In this document: positions 20,248 through 29,158 of the stretch, piece after piece
Layout: every line of letters begins with the position of its first letter
Position numbering within the stretch: the first letter of the stretch is position 1
Origin: an uncultured Pseudomonadota bacterium
GTDB taxonomy: Bacteria; Myxococcota_A; UBA9042; CAIXZC01
Assembly (NCBI GenBank): GCA_937884235.1
Contig: CALGBT010000425.1
Span: forward strand, 1 to 36,049
Length of the DNA stretch: 36,049 nt
Reading direction: 5' to 3'
The notes under the pieces: model-generated
Told to the model about the DNA's origin: nothing
The model's database searches: none
The model's input: only the letters and a program-made list of their open reading frames with translations
Translations under genes and position numbers: made by a program

Positions 20248-20289
20248 GCGGACGCGCCGCCAAATTCTCTTTATATATATGACAGTTAG
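20248..20289. promoter_or_regulatory. Conserved 42-nt element, copy 2, in the divergent intergenic region
   Basis: GCGGACGCGCCGCCAAATTCTCTTTATATATATGACAGTTAG lies 238 nt upstream of the minus-strand start at 20010 and 87 nt upstream of the plus-strand start at 20376. Preceded by the direct repeat TTGCGGACG at 20233-20241 and 20246-20254. Confidence 0.5.
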
Positions 20290-20375
20290 GAGACTCCCGT
20301 GCGACCAGACAAGAGCGCCCTTGACCATCGCCCGGGCACCAAAGTAGGCTAGGCGAAACGGGTTGAGAGGAAGAC

Positions 20376-21839
20376 ATGAAGATGAGGAAGAGACTAACTG
20401 CCCTCGCAGCATACTCATTGCTCGTCGCGACGCTGGTAGCAGTGACATGGCCGACAACTGGCCTGGCGCAGGAAGAGGCAACGAAGCGCCCGACGAATCT
20501 CATAGAGCTGCTACAGGCCTACGGCACGGATCTTCTGGTTGACCGGTGGCTCGACGGGCTCAAGGACTTCCACTATCTGCTCGCCGACGACCCGGCGTTC
20601 AACGGGCATAAGGGCGCTGCCCAGAGAGCAATAGAAGCCTACGAGAAGAAGGAGTACAAAGCGGCCGCTCTCCTCTTTCACGCCGCCTTCAAGGCCCTCC
20701 TCGCTCACCCCACGGGCAATGATTCAGATGGAGTCTGGGCGGCACTCCTCTGGCGCGCCTGCCACCGCTCCTGGAAGATGGCCGAGGAGAGTTGCCAGCG
20801 GGCAGGACTTCACGAAACACCTCGTGATGCCGACGCCTTTGACGAGGTCTTCCCGGACGCTGCGGCGGCCCATGAGAAAGAGCGGGAGCATTTCAAAGCC
20901 TACTGCTACTACTACGCCGGATTTCACTACCTCATCGAGAAAGGCAGGGACCTGACCTCGATTTTTTCGGAAGCTGAACAAGACGATCGGCTCGTCCGCA
21001 TGCTCTTGGGCGAGGCGCGCTCACTCGCTACCCTGGGGGGCATGGAAGCCCAACTCCTCAGTTCCCTCCAGAGCGTCCTCAACGGTCTGGAGAAAGTCAT
21101 CCCCAAAGATACCGGCTGGGTTCTGGAGAAGGAGTCTCGGAGCATTATCGGCGGACTTGACGAGGCCGTCGGGTATGCCGTCGCGGGATACGTTGTGCAG
21201 ACCAAGGTGGCATCATTTGTGGCGCAACTATCTCAGCAGAAAGGCGAAACCTCTGCGTATGGCGACGCCATTCACCAGGCCAAAACAATCGCCGATTCCG
21301 GGACTCGTCTGGAGTGGCTCTACTACGAGGTCGCTGCCAAATTGGGAAGCAAGACTGGTCGCAACCTCGAAATTCACCGTTTGGCAGCAAACCTGAATCA
21401 AGTGTACCTGCAACTGCTGCTGACTCGGGCTCGCCAGGAAGACCCCAGGAGCGAAGAGGGCATGCTGCTGTTGGTCGAACTGTCAATGGTCATCAAGGAA
21501 GCCCAGAAATCGCTGGCGTTGGTAGTGGACAACGACTCGAAGGACTGGGCCTCCCGACTTACGCTGGCAGAGTTGGTAATGACAGAGAAGGGCAACGATA
21601 CAGGCACCGGGCCGGTGGTCACCGGTGAGTCAGCCCAGATCATCCAGGCACTCATCACGAGCGCCCAGGATATCGGCAAAGACAGTGCCGATGCCCTGTA
21701 CAAGGCCGGCAGATTGCTGTTGATCTCCCGACTCGGTGGAGCTGAACAACCACTGCAGAGATTCCTCGAGCTATTCCCGGGAGACCCGAGGGCCGACGAG
21801 GTCAAGAAGGTGCTGGAAGGATTGGGCAACCAACAGTAG
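20376..21839 (+). CDS. Secreted all-alpha protein of unknown function
   Basis: SD GAGAGGAAG. Signal peptide MKMRKRLTALAAYSLLVATLVAVTWPTTGLAQE. The rest is helical in composition (A/L/E/K-rich). I recognise no motif. Confidence 0.75.
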   Translation: MKMRKRLTALAAYSLLVATLVAVTWPTTGLAQEEATKRPTNLIELLQAYGTDLLVDRWLDGLKDFHYLLADDPAFNGHKGAAQRAIEAYEKKEYKAAALLFHAAFKALLAHPTGNDSDGVWAALLWRACHRSWKMAEESCQRAGLHETPRDADAFDEVFPDAAAAHEKEREHFKAYCYYYAGFHYLIEKGRDLTSIFSEAEQDDRLVRMLLGEARSLATLGGMEAQLLSSLQSVLNGLEKVIPKDTGWVLEKESRSIIGGLDEAVGYAVAGYVVQTKVASFVAQLSQQKGETSAYGDAIHQAKTIADSGTRLEWLYYEVAAKLGSKTGRNLEIHRLAANLNQVYLQLLLTRARQEDPRSEEGMLLLVELSMVIKEAQKSLALVVDNDSKDWASRLTLAELVMTEKGNDTGTGPVVTGESAQIIQALITSAQDIGKDSADALYKAGRLLLISRLGGAEQPLQRFLELFPGDPRADEVKKVLEGLGNQQ

Positions 21840-21850
21840 GGACGACCTGA

Positions 21851-22237
21851 CTAGGGCTCCACCAGATCGAACTTCAGCTCCGGCGGGTGGGTTAGAGTAT
21901 TGTGCACCGTGCAGGCCTTGATAATCCGGGAGAGACTCGCCCGTTGGCGCTCCGTGAGCGGTACCGGCAGGTTCACCCGCACGTCAAAACTGCCGATGCG
22001 GTGCGGGTTTTGCGCCTGCGCCCAGTCCACGTCCACCACCAGGCCGTCAGTAACAAGCTCGTTGCGCTGCATGTAGTCGGCAACGAAGACTCCGACGCAA
22101 GAGCCCAACGATGCCGCCATGAAATCCACCGGAGCCAATCCCTCGTTGTTCCCAACGGGGCGAGGCTGGTCCGTTATCACCTTGATTCCGCGGTGCTCGA
22201 TTTCGAACTTGTATCCCTTCACATGTCGAATCTGCAT
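21851..22237 (-). CDS. OsmC/Ohr family protein
   Basis: 128 aa. APVDFMAASLGSCVGVF and IIKACTVHNTL carry the two conserved Cys regions of OsmC-like proteins. SD GGAGG. Confidence 0.88.
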   Translation of the reverse strand: MQIRHVKGYKFEIEHRGIKVITDQPRPVGNNEGLAPVDFMAASLGSCVGVFVADYMQRNELVTDGLVVDVDWAQAQNPHRIGSFDVRVNLPVPLTERQRASLSRIIKACTVHNTLTHPPELKFDLVEP

Positions 22238-22415
22238 GGCAAGTACCTCCGTTACCTACAACAATAGAGCCACCAGAGTGCCCAGAGGTTACCGGCGCCA
22301 GATATCCCTACCGCCTGCTCGTTGCTTTGCTTCGGCCTCCCGGGCCCCAATTGGTCTTGTTGAACTCGAAGGCCTATATTCTCCATTGGCAAACGCTTCA
22401 ACGAGGAGGCCACGC

Positions 22416-23252
22416 ATGAGAACAACCGGATTTGGGACGGTCTTCCTGGGGGCACTCGCAACCATAGCTCTAGCATGTTCTGCAGTGAGTTGCTCAAGCG
22501 GAGATGGCCCTTCACCATTTGACTTGAGCACAGCCGACGTTGCTTCGGACAGCGCGGATGAACCGCTCGAAATCGAGACCACAGCCGACATCACAGATGA
22601 CACAGGAGGTGACTCGGCGCAGGAAGAGCTGCAGACGGAGTCGCCCGATCAGACGACAGAGGATGGGTCATCTGACGTTCCGCTACAGCCCGAAGACGTC
22701 ATGGACGCGTCCGGGACCGACCTGGAACCGATGACCTGTATTCCCACGCAATCTGACGCCCAGGGACCATATTACCTTGCCGGGGCTCCCTTCAAGAATC
22801 CCATCGCAGACCCTGACGAGCCAGGCCCACGAATTGTCCTCGCCGGCCACGTCGGTGACACCACCTGTACGGGCATCGCCGGGGCCGTCGTGGACATCTG
22901 GCAGACTGATGCGCAGGGGCTCTATCCCACAGCAGAAGAGGGCTTCAGACTGAGGGGAAAGGTCACCGCAGATGAGGCGGGGAACTACTCCTTTGAAACG
23001 GTGCTTCCAGGGTTCTACGAGGGGCGCCCTCGACACGTGCATGCGAAAGTGTCCGGACCCGGATTCGGTACGCTGACGACCCAGATCTACTTCGCCGGAG
23101 ACCCCTACTTGTGGCCCAATGACTCCTGCGGACCCCCAACTTGCCATTCCGACGACTCCGACCGCATTATCGAATTGCACGAAGAGACCATCAACGGTGT
23201 CAAGAAGCAGATAGGGGCACTTGATTTCACGTTGTCTCCGGAGCTCCAGTAG
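22416..23252 (+). CDS. Lipoprotein with intradiol-dioxygenase-like (Dioxygenase_C fold) domain
   Basis: ATG at 22416 after AGGAGG. MRTTGFGTVFLGALATIALAC has a lipobox, followed by a ~90-aa acidic linker. AQGPYYL..., GAVVDIWQTDAQGLY, LRGKVTADEAGNYSFETVLPGFYEGRPRHVHAKV. Confidence 0.85.
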   Translation: MRTTGFGTVFLGALATIALACSAVSCSSGDGPSPFDLSTADVASDSADEPLEIETTADITDDTGGDSAQEELQTESPDQTTEDGSSDVPLQPEDVMDASGTDLEPMTCIPTQSDAQGPYYLAGAPFKNPIADPDEPGPRIVLAGHVGDTTCTGIAGAVVDIWQTDAQGLYPTAEEGFRLRGKVTADEAGNYSFETVLPGFYEGRPRHVHAKVSGPGFGTLTTQIYFAGDPYLWPNDSCGPPTCHSDDSDRIIELHEETINGVKKQIGALDFTLSPELQ

Positions 23253-23388
23253 CCCCGCAGCCGTACCTGCTTCCAAGGTCGTACCCAAGACCCTCTTGCG
23301 CTCTCGCCAACCAATCCGATATGCTCGCACTATGTTAAGGATCAGAACATAGACATTGGGGGGGCAAAAGCCCGACGGAGGTGGTGAC

Positions 23389-23475
23389 ATGACAGGGAAG
23401 ATTTCGTTGATTATTGCTGGATTGCTTCTCTTGCCGTCCATCGCAAGGCTCCTGCGGCGGGTTCTAGAAACATGA
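23389..23475 (+). CDS. Possible 28-aa hydrophobic peptide (very tentative)
   Basis: GGAGG lies 6 nt upstream of the ATG. MTGKISLIIAGLLLLPSIARLLRRVLET has one TM-like helix and a basic tail. It is too short to judge, and AT-rich codons are atypical for this window. Confidence 0.2.
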   Translation: MTGKISLIIAGLLLLPSIARLLRRVLET

Positions 23476-23610
23476 CACAGATCAGGTGTACCTTACAGCC
23501 TCCGGGCCGAGAGCGCCTGTGCCGGATGCGGTGCTCCGTCATTCACGGTTGAAAACCGTCATTGGCTGCCATAGCATCAAATCGGATGTTTTTTGCAAGA
23601 GGAGGAAGAT

Positions 23611-25983
23611 GTGAATCGCTTCGTATCTGTCATACTCGTTGTCGCTCTGACTGGCTGCTCAAGCTCTTCGTCCAAATCACCCGACGCGATTGACCTTGCC
23701 GGGACCAAGGATGCCAATGACGATGTCCCGTTTGTCCGCACCGATACTGGTGGCGACGATTCGGTCGTCGACCTGATCGTGTTGCCGGATGCTACTGACG
23801 TCCCGGCCCCCTTCGACACTGTTGAGATTGAGGACGCACACCCAGCGGACTTGCCTGACACCGCAACAACTGATCCTGGCGATACCGCCACCACAGAGCT
23901 GCTCGATGCCAGCAACGACGACTCAACATCCCAGGACCTCGCCCCCTTTGACCCGCAGCTTCCCAATCCCATTCCCCTCGACGACGACCCCCTGGTGCGG
24001 ATGCCCGGTACCCAGCATACCGATGGCCTGGAATTGGAGGAGTCGGCCAACTGCCTCCTTTGCCACGGCAAGTTCGCCAATGATGGCGTAGAGGTCGGTA
24101 GCCGCTGGGCCGGAAGCATGATGGCCCAGGCCTCCCGAGACCCCATCTTCCTGGCCTCCATGACCGTGGCCCTGCAGGATTCCAGGTGGGTGTTGGGCAA
24201 CTACAACGCCGGCGACCTCTGCCTCAGGTGCCACTTCCCGGGTGGCTGGGTAGCTGGGCGTTCCGAGCCCACCAACGGTACGGCCATGAAACTCGGAGAT
24301 ACGGATGGCGTGAGCTGCGACACCTGTCACCGCCAGTTTGATCCACACTTCGTGGCCACCTACGAGGGGGAGCGAGAAGGCAACGACTGGCTGAACATCT
24401 GGGACGAGACCAACACCTCCGAGACGCCCAGCCAGGCGGCGGCTGAGAGCACTCTCGATGCCGACAAGGTCGAGGCCGATGGCATCAAGCTCTTCAACGG
24501 TGAAGCCGCATTTGGCGCAGACCACCGCCCCGTCGAAGCCGGCTGGAATGAGGCTGGCGGTGGCCAGTATTTCATCGCTCAAAATGGTGCCAAGCGAGGG
24601 TCATTCGCCGATGCCAACGCTACCCATCCGGTCCAATACAGCCGCTTTCACAAGAGCCGGTACATGTGTGGTTCCTGCCACGATGTCTCAAATCCGGTCC
24701 TAGCGAACCTCGCCCAGGCCGAAACCTTGCCGGAGGATGGCGAAACCGTCCTCGTCAGTGAAGCAGAACCGGCATACGCATACGAACCGGTGGAGCGCAC
24801 TTTCAGCGAGTTCATGCTCTCGAAGTTCGGGCAGAACGGCGGCGCGGCCGGCAGCGGTGCCTTTGCTCCCGACACCTTCACCACGTCCCTGCCCGGCAAC
24901 AAGATCGGACGGTGCCAGGACTGCCACATGGCCGACCTCAGCGGCAAAGGGGCGATCCTCCCCGAGGCAGTGCTGAGACCCGACGAAAGCACTGAGCATC
25001 CGGGCAGCGGCATGCCAGGCCACGACATGGTGGGGGGCAACGTTCTCGTCCCTACTATCCTGGCCAGCACCGACCCAGCCTCCACAAACTTCGACCAGAC
25101 CAATGCTGATCTGTTGGGGAAGGGGCCCGAAGTCCTGATGCTGGACCTCAAAGCCGGCGTGGCCATCGAAGGCAAGTTGCTCCTGGCTGCAGCCGCCCGT
25201 GCCCAGGCTTTCCTGGAACAGGCCGCGACCATCGAAGAGGCCTCCTACGCACCCGACTCTGGCGACACCACCTTCAAGGTCGTCAATCATACCGGCCATA
25301 AGCTGATTACCGGATTTGCCGAGGGGCGGCGCATGTTCCTCAACATCAAGCTGTTTGCCGGCGAGGAGCTGCTCCACGAAATCAATCCCTACGCCGCCGC
25401 TGTCGGCACCCTCAAGGGGCTGCCCCACGAGGTCTCGCAGGATTCGCCAGATCTCGGACCCAACGAGAGCTACCATCCCGAGCTGGTCTACGAGATGCAC
25501 CACTCCAGCGCCCTGACCCAGGAAGACGAGACCTTCCATTTCGTGCTGGGCACGAGCGTCTGGAAGGACAATCGTATCCCGCCGGCTGGTTTCGACATTG
25601 TCCAGGCTGAAGTCCGCAAAGCCATTCCCCACTGGGAGGGCAAGGCCGAGCCAGATTATTTCACCGCCGAGGAGTATGCAGGTGGCTACGACCTGGTTCA
25701 GATCGAACTGCCGACCAACGGTTCGCTCCTCGAAATTCGCCTCTACTACCAAACCACCAGCAGGGAGTACGTCGAGTTTCTGCGTGACGAGATCAACGGA
25801 ACAGCCTCCACCCTCGCTTCACCTACACCCAGCGGCGCCGACCAGGCCTACGTCGCGCAACTCGATCCCTTCCTTGCCCCGCTCAAAACCTGGGGCGATA
25901 CCATCTGGCAACTCTGGCTGCACAACAAAGACATGCCCGGGGCCGCACCACTGCTGATGGCAGAAGAGATTGTGGCGTACTAG
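23611..25983 (+). CDS. Multiheme c-type cytochrome lipoprotein (5 CXXCH)
   Basis: GTG at 23611, 5 nt after AGGAGG. MNRFVSVILVVALTGC has a lipobox, followed by a ~110-aa acidic linker. CLLCH 24052-24066, CLRCH 24220-24234, CDTCH 24316-24330, CGSCH 24667-24681, CQDCH 24913-24927. The C-terminal ~340 aa has no heme motif. Confidence 0.9.
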   Translation: MNRFVSVILVVALTGCSSSSSKSPDAIDLAGTKDANDDVPFVRTDTGGDDSVVDLIVLPDATDVPAPFDTVEIEDAHPADLPDTATTDPGDTATTELLDASNDDSTSQDLAPFDPQLPNPIPLDDDPLVRMPGTQHTDGLELEESANCLLCHGKFANDGVEVGSRWAGSMMAQASRDPIFLASMTVALQDSRWVLGNYNAGDLCLRCHFPGGWVAGRSEPTNGTAMKLGDTDGVSCDTCHRQFDPHFVATYEGEREGNDWLNIWDETNTSETPSQAAAESTLDADKVEADGIKLFNGEAAFGADHRPVEAGWNEAGGGQYFIAQNGAKRGSFADANATHPVQYSRFHKSRYMCGSCHDVSNPVLANLAQAETLPEDGETVLVSEAEPAYAYEPVERTFSEFMLSKFGQNGGAAGSGAFAPDTFTTSLPGNKIGRCQDCHMADLSGKGAILPEAVLRPDESTEHPGSGMPGHDMVGGNVLVPTILASTDPASTNFDQTNADLLGKGPEVLMLDLKAGVAIEGKLLLAAAARAQAFLEQAATIEEASYAPDSGDTTFKVVNHTGHKLITGFAEGRRMFLNIKLFAGEELLHEINPYAAAVGTLKGLPHEVSQDSPDLGPNESYHPELVYEMHHSSALTQEDETFHFVLGTSVWKDNRIPPAGFDIVQAEVRKAIPHWEGKAEPDYFTAEEYAGGYDLVQIELPTNGSLLEIRLYYQTTSREYVEFLRDEINGTASTLASPTPSGADQAYVAQLDPFLAPLKTWGDTIWQLWLHNKDMPGAAPLLMAEEIVAY

Positions 25984-25990
25984 AAACAGG

Positions 25991-26024
25991 GGGACGGGGC
26001 GTCCGTAGGACGCTGGCGCGCGGG
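25991..26024. repeat. Dispersed intergenic repeat, copy A
   Basis: GGGACGGGGCGTCCGTAGGACGCTGGCGCGCGGG. 32/32 identical to copy C across GACGGGG...GCGGG. Lies between convergent genes. Confidence 0.85.
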
Positions 26025-26075
26025 AAGCGCGCTTTGCGTGCGCGAACAGCCTCCTGTACTGAGCGCCATAGTATC

Positions 26076-26753
26076 TCAGAAAATCGGGTCACCGCTTACG
26101 AAGCCCAGGCCAAGAAGAACAACGTGGGTGTCATCGAACTTGTAGAAGTCGCCCTCATCATTGAGCAGGGGCAACCAGTAGTTGTATTCGAGATAGAGCA
26201 GCACCGGGCCACCGAGGTTGAAGCGAACGCCGGCAGTGGAGCGCAAGACGCCGTCGCCATGACCTTTCGCCTCGACATAGTCCACAGTCTCGGCATCGTC
26301 CGGCTCACCACCCCAGAACCAGAAATGTGACCAGGTCAGATGAGCGTACGGAGTCACTCGTGGCCAATCGTAGCTGATGCCCAGCGCAAGCGGCACATGA
26401 ATGGCCATCCCGTTGCTCCCCGCTGACCCGCCAAAGCCCCCCCGCATGCTCAGCGCCAAAGGGCTCCTCTTGTCCAAGAAGTTGTAACGCAGGTCCAGGA
26501 GACCTCCGGGAAAGAACTGGAGCTTGCCGCCGATATCAAGATTGTCGGTGAGTCCCATGCGGGTGCCAATCTCTACGAAAGACCAGCCGTAGTCCTGATT
26601 GTTGCGCGCCTTGATCACGTCGTTGGCCATTACTCCTGTCCCCGCCGTGGCCTCAACCACGCCACGGGCCACTGGCCGGGCGGTCTGCAGGACTCCCAGG
26701 CCGCATCCACCAAGAAGCGCTGCCATCACTGCAATAATCCCTATCCTTGCCAT
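26076..26753 (-). CDS. Outer-membrane beta-barrel-like lipoprotein
   Basis: MARIGIIAVMAALLGGC has a lipobox. Alternating hydrophobic/aromatic strands (LLYLEYNYWL, VVLLGLGFV) and a C-terminal Phe. Overlaps the upstream gene by 13 nt. Confidence 0.7.
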   Translation of the reverse strand: MARIGIIAVMAALLGGCGLGVLQTARPVARGVVEATAGTGVMANDVIKARNNQDYGWSFVEIGTRMGLTDNLDIGGKLQFFPGGLLDLRYNFLDKRSPLALSMRGGFGGSAGSNGMAIHVPLALGISYDWPRVTPYAHLTWSHFWFWGGEPDDAETVDYVEAKGHGDGVLRSTAGVRFNLGGPVLLYLEYNYWLPLLNDEGDFYKFDDTHVVLLGLGFVSGDPIF

Positions 26754-28792
26754 GCCTGCAACGCCTCCACGATAGCTTCTTCGGTCTCGCTGTCGTCACA
26801 CAGAGTGCGCAATTCTTCCCGGCTGGGCGGATTCACTCCGGCGGGAATACGCACTTCAACCTGTTTCTCGGTGAGCAACCAGTAGTGCTTCTCAACATAT
26901 GAGCGAAACTCGCATTTGCTCACATCACCGCCAGTGGGAGCCAGCGCAATGATCTCCGGTTCATAACCCTCATGGAAATCGGCCTGAGCCTTGAGCACAC
27001 GGACACCAATCACGGCCCAGTAGATCGCCTTCCCCGAGGCACCGTCGAGAGCCACTGGTACAATCACCCGCGGGTCCATGAGCATATCCTCGTCCGTACG
27101 CCACGCAGTAAGCCAGCCATTGGCCTCGGCAATACTGTCGGCCTCCGGATATGCCAGCAGTTCATCCTCCAGCAACTCACGCTCCATCCCCAACGCATCG
27201 GCACTTAGCAGGTAGAGCCCGTAGAGCAGACGAGCCTTCGCCTGGAGCGCATCCAGTAGCGGCACGTCGTCCATGGATCCGTCGGCGCGATAGCGTCCCG
27301 TCAGGGAGAGGAAATCTGCTCTCAGCCGCTCCTCCAATGCTGCCGCGAGGAAGCGGTAGGCCCGGGCCGTACGCAGATAGAATGTTGGGAATGGCTCACT
27401 GACAAACCGGGGGTACACGTCGACCTGCTCCGTAATCATGGGGGCAGCAGCTCCCATGCCGATTGCGATATCAGCCTGTTTAATGTGGGTCTCCCGATTC
27501 TGCGTAAGAATCGACTTGAACGTATCGATCAGTTTCTTCTTGTATGCCGCGGTGAGCATCAGGTGGTCAGATTCGGGACCGTTCTCCGGCACCAACAGCG
27601 TCTCCAGTGCGTAGGTCTGGTAGTCGTACCAGCCACTGTCGGCATCGGGCGCCAGGTCGATTTCTCCGCTGCGAATCTGGTTGATGAAGACGTCGATGAT
27701 GGTGACATCAGACGGCGGCGAGGAATTGCAGTAGAGCTCCTCGTACATGACGGTCTCTTTGGTCTTCGATGACGGGAAGAGCGCAAACCGGGGCCCGCAG
27801 GGTGTACCCAGCTCCGGGTTGTCGGCTGCGAACGCGCTCCCGATGGAGTCCACTTCGTCTAGCGAGGCAACTCCCTCGACATAACTCATCAGGCCTCGGG
27901 GGGAGAAGTGGGCATAGGGATTGGTCAACACCTCGTAGAGCCCCATGATGTAACTGTAGCCACTGGCCAGGGAAACATCACTCTGCAGCGCCACGGTGAT
28001 GGCAACGAACTTGCCAAAACCAGTCGCTGCGGCCTCGGGGTCCAGCACCGAATCCTCCAGGTAATTCTGGAAGAAACGGTCCTGCATAAAGATCTGCTGC
28101 AAGTCCGATGACCAGTTGTAGAACCCCATGGGCCGGGCAAAGAGGGGATTGGACTGGAAGTTCGCAACGGTATCGACCACGGCCGCGGCCAGCTCAGCGG
28201 GCACCTCTACCTCGGCCCCGCCCAAAGTCAATCCACTGAGCACGTGCACCCGGGCGGCATCGATATGATCGCAGGCATCGCCAGCACACTCGCTGCGCAG
28301 CATGGCCAGGGCACCATCCAGTGCCTCCAGAAAGGACTGCTTACCGCCCCACTCACCCACCCCATACTGCATACTCATCTCGATGCCTGCGTAGAGCCCG
28401 TCATTGAATGGTTTGGTCGCCCCAAAAACGGTTTCCAGCGACGGAATCAGTTGGGCACCACCATAGCCGTCCAGTGCCTCCATGGCCTCGGCTCTCCCGC
28501 GAAAGAGGGCATCCTTGAGCGCCGCTTCGTTGCCCTCTAACTCGGGCAAGCTCAGCCGGGTGACCTGACCGGACTTGTTCATTGTTACCGCGCAGTTGCC
28601 GAACTGCTCCACCGTCTCCATCCCCGCAACGTAGACCGGGTTCTTATCCTCGATCTTGTCATCTTCAATAACTGCTTCCTTCTCGATGGTCGTCTGGTTC
28701 GAGATGAGCTGTTCCCACCCCAGGTACTCCCTGGCGCAGCCAATACCCAGCAAGAAGACCAGGGACACACAGATCAAGCCCGCACTTCGCAT
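26741..28792 (-). CDS. Large lipoprotein, possibly DUF3160-like
   Basis: I prefer the ATG at 28792 (GGAGG 8 nt upstream), giving MRSAGLICVSLVFLLGIGC. FARPMGFYNWSSDLQQIFMQDRFFQ and EPFPTFYLRTARAY remind me of DUF3160, but that family call is from memory only. Confidence 0.8.
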   Translation of the reverse strand: MRSAGLICVSLVFLLGIGCAREYLGWEQLISNQTTIEKEAVIEDDKIEDKNPVYVAGMETVEQFGNCAVTMNKSGQVTRLSLPELEGNEAALKDALFRGRAEAMEALDGYGGAQLIPSLETVFGATKPFNDGLYAGIEMSMQYGVGEWGGKQSFLEALDGALAMLRSECAGDACDHIDAARVHVLSGLTLGGAEVEVPAELAAAVVDTVANFQSNPLFARPMGFYNWSSDLQQIFMQDRFFQNYLEDSVLDPEAAATGFGKFVAITVALQSDVSLASGYSYIMGLYEVLTNPYAHFSPRGLMSYVEGVASLDEVDSIGSAFAADNPELGTPCGPRFALFPSSKTKETVMYEELYCNSSPPSDVTIIDVFINQIRSGEIDLAPDADSGWYDYQTYALETLLVPENGPESDHLMLTAAYKKKLIDTFKSILTQNRETHIKQADIAIGMGAAAPMITEQVDVYPRFVSEPFPTFYLRTARAYRFLAAALEERLRADFLSLTGRYRADGSMDDVPLLDALQAKARLLYGLYLLSADALGMERELLEDELLAYPEADSIAEANGWLTAWRTDEDMLMDPRVIVPVALDGASGKAIYWAVIGVRVLKAQADFHEGYEPEIIALAPTGGDVSKCEFRSYVEKHYWLLTEKQVEVRIPAGVNPPSREELRTLCDDSETEEAIVEALQAWQG

Positions 28793-29158
28793 CGCACATT
28801 CCTCCATGGCCAACTCACCATAGGGTCCGGATAAGTACGAGCGCTGTCAAACGTTTACGGCATAGACCTCGACGGCGAAGTCAACCCCGCCTTCGACCCC
28901 GGCCCCGACAACGGTTATGGCGCTGGCCCTACTTCGACGGCAGCAGAGTCAATAGCCGGGACGCAATGCGGCGGTCACTCGTTATGGCGTCCCCCTTCTC
29001 CTGGATTCAGTGGCAGGCTACTGGTTACCTGGTGCGCTATTAGGATGCAAATCGGCCCCCAAGACGCTGCTGTGATTCCCCAGTTGGCCGCCGCGCTCGC
29101 TTCTCTTGACCATACAATTCTGCTATTCTCGCGACCCAGCGAATTGGGAGGTGGCCTG

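Noticed and set aside
18976-20289. 437-aa + strand ORF opposite the six-module lipoprotein gene.
   Set aside because: No signal peptide, SD or motifs. The minus frame has regular Cys modules and a lipoprotein signal.
23923-25752. Minus-strand ORFs 23923..24582, 24648..25232 and 24700..25752 opposite the cytochrome gene.
   Set aside because: The + frame has five CXXCH motifs and a lipobox. The antisense products are low-complexity.
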